Below are positions 47,272 through 55,948 of a DNA stretch of 64,000 nt, piece after piece. The DNA comes from Bacteroidota bacterium. GTDB lineage: Bacteria > Bacteroidota > Bacteroidia > AKYH767-A > JAHEYN01. The stretch lies in contig CANFOZ010000004.1 of NCBI GenBank assembly GCA_947448795.1, positions 4,086 to 68,085 of the forward strand. The letters run 5' to 3'. Numbering within the stretch: position 1 is the stretch's first letter; each line of letters starts with the position of its first letter. A program made the translations under genes and the position numbers. The notes under the pieces were generated by a model. That model was not told the DNA's origin. It ran no database searches and was given only the letters and a program-made list of their open reading frames with translations.

Positions 47272-49881
47272 TTATTGGCTTGCTTTTTCTGGATGCCTGA
47301 ATACCAATTGTTGTTCAAAAACATCCAACAGTACCACATCGCCCGCTTGCGCTTTTCCTGCTAATATTTCCTTCGCAAACTCATTGAGCACCTTTTTCTG
47401 CAATACCCGCTTAAGTGGTCGAGCTCCAAATTGAGGATCATACCCTAGTTGCGCCAACCAATCAAGCGCCTCTTCTGTTGCCGAGAGCGCTACACCATTC
47501 TGCGCAGCCATTTTTATAATACCATCAAACTGCAGATTTACAATTTGGCGAACTTCCTCGCGATTCAGCGGCGTAAACATGATGATGTCGTCGATGCGAT
47601 TAAGAAACTCTGGTCGAATGGTTTTCTTGAGTAATTCAAAAACTAAGAGTCGCGTTTTAGCAGCCACTGCCTCACTGTTAGCATCCGTTATCTGCTCGTA
47701 CTGCTCTTGAATAATACCAGAACCAAGATTGGATGTCATGATGATGATGGTGTTCTTGAAGTTCGCCATTCGCCCTTTGTTATCGGTAAGCCGACCATCA
47801 TCTAGCACCTGCAAGAGGATATTGAACACATCCGGATGCGCTTTCTCGATTTCATCAAGAAGCACCACGGAATAGGGCCTTCTTCGAACCGATTCTGTCA
47901 ACTGCCCTCCTTCCTCATAACCCACATACCCTGGAGGCGGACCAACCAAGCGCGAAACGCTGTGCCGTTCTTGATATTCCGACATGTCTATTCGCGTCAT
48001 CGCTTGTTCATCGTTGAATAAATAGTCGGCTAAAGCTTTGGCTAGCTCTGTTTTTCCTACACCGGTTGTTCCAAGAAAAATGAAGGATCCGATTGGTTTT
48101 CTAGGATCATGCATACCTGCCCTGCTGCGGCGAATGGCATCTGCTAATGCGGATATTGCTTCTGTTTGTCCGACAACGCGTTGATGCAACTCCTCTTCAA
48201 GGCGCAAGAGTTTTTGACGCTCACTCTGCAGCATCTTGGTAACGGGGATACCGGTCCAACGGGAAACCACATCAGCGATATCTTCCGAGTCTACAACTTC
48301 CTTAATCATGGGCTCACCGCTTGTGTCATCTCGCAAGTCAGCCATCAAACCCTCAAGTTTCAGTTCCGCTTCTTTAATGCGCCCGTAGCGAATTTCAGCA
48401 ACCTTGCCATAATCACCAGAACGCTCTGCCTGATCGGCCTCTAGCTTCATGTGCTCGATAGCCTCTTTCAAGTTCTGAATACCTTCCACCAGTTCCTTTT
48501 CTCTTGTCCAGCGCGATTTCAGCTCATTCCGTTTTTCAGAAAGATTAGCAATCTCGGCACTTAAGCCTTCTACTTTTTGTGTTCCGCTTTCTCGTTTGAT
48601 AGCTTCACGCTCGATTTCCAGCTGCATGATACGGCGTTGTATCTCATCCAGCTCCTCGGGTACCGAGTCTATTTCCATACGAAGCTTGGCTGCCGCCTCA
48701 TCCATAAGGTCGATGGCTTTATCCGGTAAAAAACGATCGGAGATATAGCGCTGCGAAAGCTCCACACAAGCGATAATCGCCTCGTCCATGATGCGAACCT
48801 TGTGGTGCGTCTCGTAGCGCTCTTTTAACCCACGCAAAATAGAGATAGCATCTTCGGTATTGGGCTCATCTACTAGCACCTTTTGAAAACGACGCTCAAG
48901 CGCCTTGTCCTTTTCGATATACTTCTGATACTCGTTAAGCGTTGTGGCACCGATGGCACGCAGCTCCCCTCTCGCCAAGGCAGGCTTGAGAATATTGGCG
49001 GCATCCATAGCGCCTTCTCCACCACCGCCTGCACCTACCAAGAGATGTATCTCATCAATAAAAAGAACGATATCACCATTGGAATCAATAACTTCTTTAA
49101 CAACAGATTTGAGTCGCTCCTCAAATTCCCCTTTGTATTTTGCACCAGCAACCAAAGCGCCCATATCGAGCGAAAACACCAACTTCGACTTCAAGTTTTC
49201 AGGCACATCGCCATCGATGATTCGATGCGCTAAGCCTTCTGCTATAGCTGTTTTACCAACACCTGGCTCTCCTATCAAGACGGGATTGTTTTTGGTTCGG
49301 CGCGACAGAATTTGAAGCACTCTGCGAATTTCATCATCACGACCGATGACTGGATCCAATTTACCGTTGCGAGCCATTTCATTTAGATTACGGGCGTATT
49401 TAGCCAAGGCTTGATAGGTGTCTTCAGCGGTCTGCGATGTAACGCGTCCACCTTTTCGCAACTCCATAATGGCTTGTCGTAAGGCTTTATCAGTTAGACC
49501 GCATTCGCGAAGAAGTCGACCCGTTTTATCACTGCCTGCTAATAAGCCCAGCAGCACATGTTCGATCGATACAAATTCGTCTTTGAACTCGCCCAGCAGC
49601 TGCACTGCCTTCTGTAAAGCAGCGTTCGCATCTTTGGATAAATAGGGCGAACCACCACTAACCTTAGGCAAGGCGGCAACAATTTTGTCGAGCCCGGCTT
49701 CTAATTCTGGAATGGCAACGTTTGATTTTTTTAACAGGAATGGCGCAACCGTCTCGTCGCCTTGAAGGATGGCTTGTAAAATATGCGAAGAATCTATCTC
49801 TTGTTGACCAGCAGCGACGGTTAATTCCTGTGCCTTTTGTATGGCTTCTTGCGACTTTATCGTGTATTGATTGAAGTTCAT
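47272..49881 (-). CDS. clpB: ATP-dependent chaperone ClpB
   Basis: Two AAA modules ([22 protein letters not shown]) and a middle coiled-coil domain. Start placed at [13 protein letters not shown], giving 869 aa. The listed ORF extends 79 codons further and would overlap the upstream gene. Confidence 0.95.
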   Translation of the reverse strand: MNFNQYTIKSQEAIQKAQELTVAAGQQEIDSSHILQAILQGDETVAPFLLKKSNVAIPELEAGLDKIVAALPKVSGGSPYLSKDANAALQKAVQLLGEFKDEFVSIEHVLLGLLAGSDKTGRLLRECGLTDKALRQAIMELRKGGRVTSQTAEDTYQALAKYARNLNEMARNGKLDPVIGRDDEIRRVLQILSRRTKNNPVLIGEPGVGKTAIAEGLAHRIIDGDVPENLKSKLVFSLDMGALVAGAKYKGEFEERLKSVVKEVIDSNGDIVLFIDEIHLLVGAGGGGEGAMDAANILKPALARGELRAIGATTLNEYQKYIEKDKALERRFQKVLVDEPNTEDAISILRGLKERYETHHKVRIMDEAIIACVELSQRYISDRFLPDKAIDLMDEAAAKLRMEIDSVPEELDEIQRRIMQLEIEREAIKRESGTQKVEGLSAEIANLSEKRNELKSRWTREKELVEGIQNLKEAIEHMKLEADQAERSGDYGKVAEIRYGRIKEAELKLEGLMADLRDDTSGEPMIKEVVDSEDIADVVSRWTGIPVTKMLQSERQKLLRLEEELHQRVVGQTEAISALADAIRRSRAGMHDPRKPIGSFIFLGTTGVGKTELAKALADYLFNDEQAMTRIDMSEYQERHSVSRLVGPPPGYVGYEEGGQLTESVRRRPYSVVLLDEIEKAHPDVFNILLQVLDDGRLTDNKGRMANFKNTIIIMTSNLGSGIIQEQYEQITDANSEAVAAKTRLLVFELLKKTIRPEFLNRIDDIIMFTPLNREEVRQIVNLQFDGIIKMAAQNGVALSATEEALDWLAQLGYDPQFGARPLKRVLQKKVLNEFAKEILAGKAQAGDVVLLDVFEQQLVFRHPEKASQ

Positions 49882-50030
49882 TTTGTAGGATTTGAAAGCC
49901 GGCTTGCAAAGATGCAGCCAATTAAAAACCCAGCCTGATTGCAGAAAAAATGTCACAAAACCCTTGCAAACAAAGACTATTTGACTGATGAAGCATAAAT
50001 AGACAACAATCTTGACCGAAAAGCGCGACT

Positions 50031-50888
50031 CTATTTTAAACCTTCGCGATGATAAAGCAGAAGTCCGGCAATTGGCGATTCGGTAACCGTGCCGATTGAG
50101 AGACCTTGCTTCGTGCAAGCATGTTTTAAGATATCCAAAAAATAGAAGCCTACTGAACCCGTACTGTGCAATCGCATAGTTGGCTGACCAGCATATGGCA
50201 ATACCTGATGTTTTAAAAAGGAAGTAAACGATTGAAACACCAAGTCAACCACAAAGGAGTCGTTTTTGTGTGCATAAAGAAATGGAACGAAGGATGCGAG
50301 GTAACGATTGGCGTTTGGAGTGCGATACACACGCTCTAGCATCTGTTCACGCGAAAGCTGATACATTGCCTCGAAAGCAGCATTTAGATGATCCGGCAGC
50401 TCCTTATAAAAATACCTGTTTACTAATTGCTTGCCGAGATGAGCTCCACTGCCCTCGTCGCCTACTATAAAACCCAATGATGGCGTATTTTGAAGGATAT
50501 GCTGGCCGTCGTAATAACAGGAATTAGAACCGGTTCCCAAAATGCAGGCAATACCCGCCTGGCGTCCACAAAGCGCACGAGCAGCGGCAAGTAGATCGTG
50601 CTCGACGATGCAGTCGGCTGAAGGAAAAACAGACCTCAATGCATTAGCCACGCGGCCTTTCTTTTCTTCGCCAGCACAGCCCGCACCATAAAAATGAATG
50701 GTCGTTATCGACGCTGGCTTCAATTCCGTCAAGAGCGGCACTAACTCCTCTCGAAGTGAACGTTCTATATCCTCTGCTGTATGGAATACAGGATTGATTC
50801 CTGCAGACTTAAACTGCTCCACACGGCCTTGCTTATCCACAAGGCGCCAATCGGTTTTGGTAGATCCGCTGTCAGCAACGAGCATCAT
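50031..50888 (-). CDS. BadF/BadG/BcrA/BcrD-type ATPase (N-acetylglucosamine kinase-like)
   Basis: N-terminal [10 protein letters not shown], and GTGSNSC and GDEGSG actin-fold ATPase motifs. Confidence 0.75.
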   Translation of the reverse strand: MMLVADSGSTKTDWRLVDKQGRVEQFKSAGINPVFHTAEDIERSLREELVPLLTELKPASITTIHFYGAGCAGEEKKGRVANALRSVFPSADCIVEHDLLAAARALCGRQAGIACILGTGSNSCYYDGQHILQNTPSLGFIVGDEGSGAHLGKQLVNRYFYKELPDHLNAAFEAMYQLSREQMLERVYRTPNANRYLASFVPFLYAHKNDSFVVDLVFQSFTSFLKHQVLPYAGQPTMRLHSTGSVGFYFLDILKHACTKQGLSIGTVTESPIAGLLLYHREGLK

Positions 50889-51223
50889 AACTTAGTTGGT
50901 TTTGTTTGTAAAACGCTTGGCTCACGCATGCTTAAAATGTAACGCAGTATGTCCTGCTGCTCCTCTTCGGTTATTAGTGCTCGTTGTGCCATTTCCGGAA
51001 TCACCTTCGTCCATTGCTCTTCTGTATAAAGTGCCGGTTTGTATAAGGTATGACAGCCAGCGCATTTATTTACATACAAATGAAAACCAGTGTTTAATTG
51101 ATCGAACGAATAGGACTGCCAGCGCCCGGTCATCTTATCTGCATCTGCATGAACGGGAGTAAAGTAAGGACTTTTACAGCACACAAAAAAGGCAAAGAAC
51201 AGAAGTACGCTTGCAAACCTCAT
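50885..51223 (-). CDS. Small c-type cytochrome-like lipoprotein
   Basis: CAGCH (CXXCH, encoded at 51050-51064) and a lipobox-like FFVCC. Both ends overlap their neighbours by ATGA. Confidence 0.6.
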   Translation of the reverse strand: MRFASVLLFFAFFVCCKSPYFTPVHADADKMTGRWQSYSFDQLNTGFHLYVNKCAGCHTLYKPALYTEEQWTKVIPEMAQRALITEEEQQDILRYILSMREPSVLQTKPTKL

Positions 51224-52026
51224 AATCCATACCCCATTACTAAGCGAATGTTGAAACGCTCATATTCATCGAGGTCAAGCGCCCCAGCTACTTTGGCCTG
51301 ATTTATATTTACTAACTGAGGCAAGAAGTTCAAGATAAAAAACGCCTTTCCACTTGTATATTGAATCGACGGGCCTGCAAGAAAAGCCGCATGTTCAATT
51401 CCTTTCCCTGGGACAATCTCCATATGATTTAGTGTCTCAAAACCTAAACCAAAAGTTGGGCTGAATTGATACATATAAGCGTTGTATAGAGAGATCGGAG
51501 TTGCTTCTAGGTTAGCTTTCAATGTTCCACCCTCTTGTTCCAATTCAAACTCCAACTCGGTAACCGCATTAAAGGCTAATAGGTGTTTACCAAACTGTTT
51601 ATCCAAGATAATCTTAGGCTCAAGCTCCAACTCATCCGGAGCCCAGGTAATTTCACTATAAAAACAAGATCCAATGCCATTAACCACAGGATCAGAAAAT
51701 TTAATTTTCCACTCATTAGAAACTGAAAACGTGGTGCTTTTGAACTTTTGGTTGGTAGAGTCACCAGCGTTGCTGTAAGACTTGTTATCCACGTTTATAT
51801 AGACCGAAGTCTGTACCCTGTTTGTCAATCCTGTTTCAAACTCGATGCGCTGACGCAAAGAAGAATAATAGGAGTTGCGAACCAATCTTACGGTGTTCCA
51901 CGTTTCGATTTCGCGTACACCTTTAGGTAACGTATTAGATTGTTCGGTGCGCGCAAACACACGATCTTGAGCCGAGGCAGGAAACACGCAAAAAGCAGCA
52001 AAAACGAAGATTAGTATATTTTTCAT
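51220..52026 (-). CDS. Hypothetical outer-membrane beta-barrel-like protein
   Basis: Signal peptide (VFPASAQ), alternating amphipathic strands rich in aromatic residues, and no recognised family. Confidence 0.5.
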   Translation of the reverse strand: MKNILIFVFAAFCVFPASAQDRVFARTEQSNTLPKGVREIETWNTVRLVRNSYYSSLRQRIEFETGLTNRVQTSVYINVDNKSYSNAGDSTNQKFKSTTFSVSNEWKIKFSDPVVNGIGSCFYSEITWAPDELELEPKIILDKQFGKHLLAFNAVTELEFELEQEGGTLKANLEATPISLYNAYMYQFSPTFGLGFETLNHMEIVPGKGIEHAAFLAGPSIQYTSGKAFFILNFLPQLVNINQAKVAGALDLDEYERFNIRLVMGYGL

Positions 52027-52096
52027 GCTTGTTTAGAATTATTCTAAACAATGGCAAAGAAAAAACAAAAATCAATTCATGTCAAGTGATGTTCAT

Positions 52097-53005
52097 TTAA
52101 AAGTTATAAACAAGCCCCTCTTCAGCGAGGTAAACAGGCGCAAAAACCGACTTGGTTTCCTCCAATAAAGGATTTAAGTCTTTATAACGAGCCGAAAAAT
52201 GCCCTATGATCAGTTTTTTCACCTGCGCTTTTGAAGCAATTTGACCTGCCTGTAAACTTGTTGTATGGTACGTTTCGTTGGCACGATCCAATAAATCATG
52301 CATAAAAGTTGCTTCGTGATATAGTAGATCCACGCCCTTAAGGATTGGAATCAACGATTCTTGATACAGGGTATCGGAACAATAGGCATACGACTTTGAT
52401 GCGGGTGGGTCAATGGTGAGGTCTTTGTTTTTAAAAACGAGGCCGTTATTATCGCAATAATCCTTTCCAGCCTTAAGCTCCTGATAAAAATCAAGGGGAA
52501 TACCTGCATTCTGAACCTTCTCAATTATTAGGTTTCGTTGCCGTGGCTTTTCACAAAACAGAAAACCCTTGCAAGGCACACGATGATTTAGCTCGAATGC
52601 AATAACCCGAATTTGCTCATCTTCAAAAAGCACTTCTGTACCTGGAGTGAAGAACTGATAGTTGATAACAAAACGAAGGGCAGTATCGGATACTTGAAAT
52701 TGCAGCGCTAGAATGTCTTTTAATTCTGGCTGACAATAGATTGTAAGTTCTCGCTCGCGTCCTTGCAGATGCATAGACGACAACAAACCCATTAAACCAA
52801 GGTAGTGATCGCCGTGCAGATGACTTATAAAGATTTTGTCGATTCGATGCGCTTTAACCTTGTAGCGCTGCATCTGCATCTGTGTGGCTTCACCACAATC
52901 GATGAGGTAGTTTTTGTCGTTAAAGGTTAAAACTTGCGCAGCAGGATTCCTTTGATGTGCGGGCGTGGCAGAACTACTACCAAGAATGAGCAGTTCAAAG
53001 GACAT
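52097..53005 (-). CDS. rnz: Ribonuclease Z
   Basis: Metallo-beta-lactamase HLHGDH motif, LILGSSSATP at the N-terminus, and a C-terminal GHFSARY. Confidence 0.9.
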   Translation of the reverse strand: MSFELLILGSSSATPAHQRNPAAQVLTFNDKNYLIDCGEATQMQMQRYKVKAHRIDKIFISHLHGDHYLGLMGLLSSMHLQGRERELTIYCQPELKDILALQFQVSDTALRFVINYQFFTPGTEVLFEDEQIRVIAFELNHRVPCKGFLFCEKPRQRNLIIEKVQNAGIPLDFYQELKAGKDYCDNNGLVFKNKDLTIDPPASKSYAYCSDTLYQESLIPILKGVDLLYHEATFMHDLLDRANETYHTTSLQAGQIASKAQVKKLIIGHFSARYKDLNPLLEETKSVFAPVYLAEEGLVYNF

Positions 53006-53017
53006 ACATCAAATCAA

Positions 53018-53869
53018 TTACTCGCCTAAAATCATTCGGCGAGTCATTTTTTCTGCACCGCAGGAAACGGTGTAAAAATAAACGCCAGCTTGCAATCCAT
53101 TGCGAGACATCGTTATCGTGTTGCTTCCTTTTACAAGGTTGTGCTCAGTTACTCCAACCACATTACCGAGAATGTCGTTGATGCGAACGGTCGCTTTTCC
53201 GTTAGAAGGCATGCCAACCTTAATGGTGTAATCGCTATGCACGGGATTTGGGAAGTTTTGGGATACCGAAAATACGGCCGGTCCATGCTCGAGTTCAAAA
53301 CCAGTTCCAGCGTTTACAATCTTTATACGGTAATCATCATCAACAGGCAAAGGCCCTGCAAGAGAAGTGATTGTAGAAAGCCAAGTGGCTGTAAGAAAGA
53401 TTCCGGCGGTAACCTTCATATCTATTTTTACAACAATTGGATAGATGCCATCGCTATTGGGTCCGCCATTAGCAGCAGCAGCTACAGCAGCAATAGGTGC
53501 ATACACCTGCACACAGCCTTGCACTGGAATCAAATTGGGAGCGGTACCACCGTTTACCCAACCGCTAGTACCGCTATAACTTGGTGTGAAGGTGAAACCA
53601 GCAGGAAGACCTGTTACATCACCAGCATTAATACGCATAGCATACACTTTTACCGCACCAAGAGAAGATGTTGTATCGGTCAATGTTTTGATATCGATTG
53701 TGGTGTTATAATCGGAGCCAATTACCGCAAGTGGCAAGTTGGTTAAACTATCCGGCCAAATATCATACAGCGAATCTACGTATTGCGGATTCGGGGTGCA
53801 CTGTGCAAAGCTTTGATTACTAAGGTATGATGCCATCAAAATAACGGCGAGAAGTACAAGTTTTTTCAT
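53018..53869 (-). CDS. T9SS C-terminal sorting domain-containing secreted protein
   Basis: Signal peptide and a C-terminal FPNPVHSDYTIKV...GVYFYTV sorting domain. Confidence 0.7.
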   Translation of the reverse strand: MKKLVLLAVILMASYLSNQSFAQCTPNPQYVDSLYDIWPDSLTNLPLAVIGSDYNTTIDIKTLTDTTSSLGAVKVYAMRINAGDVTGLPAGFTFTPSYSGTSGWVNGGTAPNLIPVQGCVQVYAPIAAVAAAANGGPNSDGIYPIVVKIDMKVTAGIFLTATWLSTITSLAGPLPVDDDYRIKIVNAGTGFELEHGPAVFSVSQNFPNPVHSDYTIKVGMPSNGKATVRINDILGNVVGVTEHNLVKGSNTITMSRNGLQAGVYFYTVSCGAEKMTRRMILGE

Positions 53870-53876
53870 GTGGTTG

Positions 53877-54248
53877 TTATTTTATTTCACGTTCAATTTC
53901 TTCCATAATTACCATATCAATGGCCTCTTCTAATTTGGGTACAATGTTCAACACCGATTCTAATTGAGAGATGTTGATGAGCTTCATCACACTGTCTTGG
54001 AGTCCACTAAGCACAAAAGTACCTTTTGAATTCTTACACAGTCTGTTACCAACAAGAATTGCACTAAGACCTGAAGAGTCGCAATATTTTGTTTCCTTTA
54101 AATCCAATACAATGTTGCGCTCTCCTTGATTAGCGAAGAAAACGAACTGCGCTTTAAGCTCCGGCGCAAGGGTGCTGATCAGCTTCTCCTCGTGCAAAAA
54201 GATGACGGTATACTTGTCTTTTTTGTCAACAGTAATTTTCATGGACAT
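53877..54248 (-). CDS. STAS domain protein (anti-sigma-factor antagonist family)
   Basis: 123 aa, with a YCDSSGLSAIL phosphorylatable-serine-type motif. Confidence 0.8.
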   Translation of the reverse strand: MSMKITVDKKDKYTVIFLHEEKLISTLAPELKAQFVFFANQGERNIVLDLKETKYCDSSGLSAILVGNRLCKNSKGTFVLSGLQDSVMKLINISQLESVLNIVPKLEEAIDMVIMEEIEREIK

Positions 54249-54270
54249 GGTTTTTGCTTTAGGCCTTGTA

Positions 54271-54278
54271 CAAATTTA
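54271..54278 (-). promoter_or_regulatory. Candidate -7 promoter box (TAAATTTG) for the STAS gene
   Basis: The minus strand reads TAAATTTG, 22 nt upstream of the ATG at 54248. Confidence 0.4.
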
Positions 54279-54317
54279 CAAAATTTTAGACGAACAAAAG
54301 CAATTCAGGTCTTTTGC

Positions 54318-55250
54318 CTATTTCTCGTTCTTGCCTGCAAGCAGGTAAAGCACTGCCATTCGAACAGCGACTCCATTCTCTACTTGGTCGAGGATGATGG
54401 AATGTTCTGAGTCGGCTACATCGCTTGTTATTTCAACCCCTCTGTTGATAGGGCCCGGATGCATTATCACGATTTGTTTATCGAGGCTATCGAGCAAGGC
54501 TTTATTGATACCGAAGAGCATCGTGTATTCACGCAGTGAAGGAAAGTATTTAATATCTTGTCGCTCCAGCTGAATACGCAGCACATTGGCAACATCGCAC
54601 CATTGAAGCGCCTTCCTTAGATTATGCTCAACGCGGACTCCTAACTCGCTAATGTATTTCGGTATTAAGGTAGTAGGGCCGCACACCATTACTTCGGCAC
54701 CCAGCAACTGCAAGCAAAAGATGTTAGACAAGGCCACACGCGAATGAAGAATATCGCCAATAATAACGACTTTTTTCCCTTTCACAGAACCCAATTTCTC
54801 ACGAATGGAGAAGGCGTCTAAAAGGGCTTGTGTTGGGTGTTCATGCGTACCATCACCTGCGTTGACAATACGTGAACGCACATGCTGCGAAAGAAATGCA
54901 GCAGCACCTGGGCTCGGATGACGCATCACCACCATATCCACCTTCATGGCAAGAATATTATTGACTGTGTCGATCAGTGTCTCGCCCTTGGTCACCGACG
55001 ATGAAGAGGAAGTGAAATTCACAACATCTGCTGATAGGCGTTTCTCCGCTAATTCGAAGGACAAACGTGTGCGTGTTGAATTCTCAAAAAACAGATTCGC
55101 AATGGTAAGGTCGCGCAGCGAAGGCACCTTCTTGATTGGGCGATTGAGCACATCTTTGAAGGTATCGGCGGTGGCGAGAATGAGCTCAACATCGCGAAGC
55201 TGCAAACCCTTTATTCCCAAAAGGTGATTAACCGACAAACTACTCTTCAT
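54318..55250 (-). CDS. pyrB: Aspartate carbamoyltransferase catalytic subunit
   Basis: ENSTRTRLSFE, HEHPTQALLD and MHPGPINRG motifs. Confidence 0.95.
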   Translation of the reverse strand: MKSSLSVNHLLGIKGLQLRDVELILATADTFKDVLNRPIKKVPSLRDLTIANLFFENSTRTRLSFELAEKRLSADVVNFTSSSSSVTKGETLIDTVNNILAMKVDMVVMRHPSPGAAAFLSQHVRSRIVNAGDGTHEHPTQALLDAFSIREKLGSVKGKKVVIIGDILHSRVALSNIFCLQLLGAEVMVCGPTTLIPKYISELGVRVEHNLRKALQWCDVANVLRIQLERQDIKYFPSLREYTMLFGINKALLDSLDKQIVIMHPGPINRGVEITSDVADSEHSIILDQVENGVAVRMAVLYLLAGKNEK

Positions 55251-55277
55251 AGGGTGTAAAATTTATTCGATTGAGAC

Positions 55278-55832
55278 CTATTTTTCAAGCAACCAAACAA
55301 TGTCCTCACCATCCGTTTCCTTCCACTCTACCCGCACCTTTTGCGAATCGATGGTATCCACATCTTTACCTACATAATTGGCTTCCACAGGCAGGTGACG
55401 ACTGAATCGACGGTTGATGAACACTAGTAATTCTATCTTCTCCGGCCTACCTAGTTGCATCAAGGCATCCATTGCAGAGCGTACTGTTCGACCGGTATAT
55501 AAGACATCATCCACGAGGATGATCTTTTTGTTTTCTACTTCAAATTCGATGTCCGTAGCACTTGGAATCAAAGGAGAATCGTGTGAACGAAAATCGTCGC
55601 GAAAAAAAGTAAAGTCAAGATCGCCATATGGGATCTTATGCTTCAGAATTTTTTCCAGCATAGCATGAAGGCGTCTTGCTAAAAAGACACCGCGCGGCTG
55701 CAAGCCGACGATGGCAGAGGACGAAAAATCGGTGTGGTTTTCTATCAGTTGATGACAAAGACGCAGAAGCGTTATCTCGAAGTGCTTCTGTCTAAGAATT
55801 GGTTTTGGTTTCACCGCTGACATGTTGTGCAC
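55278..55832 (-). CDS. pyrR: Bifunctional pyr operon regulator / uracil phosphoribosyltransferase PyrR
   Basis: PRPP-binding IILVDDVLYTGRT. The size and position upstream of pyrB also fit. Confidence 0.9.
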   Translation of the reverse strand: MHNMSAVKPKPILRQKHFEITLLRLCHQLIENHTDFSSSAIVGLQPRGVFLARRLHAMLEKILKHKIPYGDLDFTFFRDDFRSHDSPLIPSATDIEFEVENKKIILVDDVLYTGRTVRSAMDALMQLGRPEKIELLVFINRRFSRHLPVEANYVGKDVDTIDSQKVRVEWKETDGEDIVWLLEK

Positions 55833-55912
55833 GAAATTACTAAATTTCCTATCATCCTTCTAGCTTCTGTTTTCTTTCCTTTGATTAATTGTTCATGCAA
55901 TGCGGAAAGGGC

Positions 55913-55946
55913 AAAAAAAATCCCCCGACCAGCGGGGGATTTTTTT
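55913..55946. terminator. Bidirectional intrinsic terminator (rpsA terminator, lying in the pyrR leader)
   Basis: ATCCCCCG / CGGGGGAT 8-bp GC-rich stem (55920-55940) flanked by A8 on the left and T7 on the right. Confidence 0.85.
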
Positions 55947-55948
55947 AC

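Noticed and set aside
49882-50118. The listed clpB ORF extends 79 codons upstream of [13 protein letters not shown].
   Set aside because: The extension has no ClpB-like sequence and would overlap the 3' end of the BadF-type gene (stop at 50031). It would also give a protein far longer than the usual 860-870 aa or so. The internal ATG at 49881 gives a canonical N-domain start.
53090-53746. A 218-aa plus-strand ORF, and similar long antisense ORFs at 9336-9710, 20421-20813, 33907-34305, 48944-49315, 56300-56812 and elsewhere.
   Set aside because: All lie entirely inside well-supported genes on the opposite strand or in another frame, and have low-complexity or Ser/Arg/Cys-rich composition without motifs. 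These are typical shadow ORFs.
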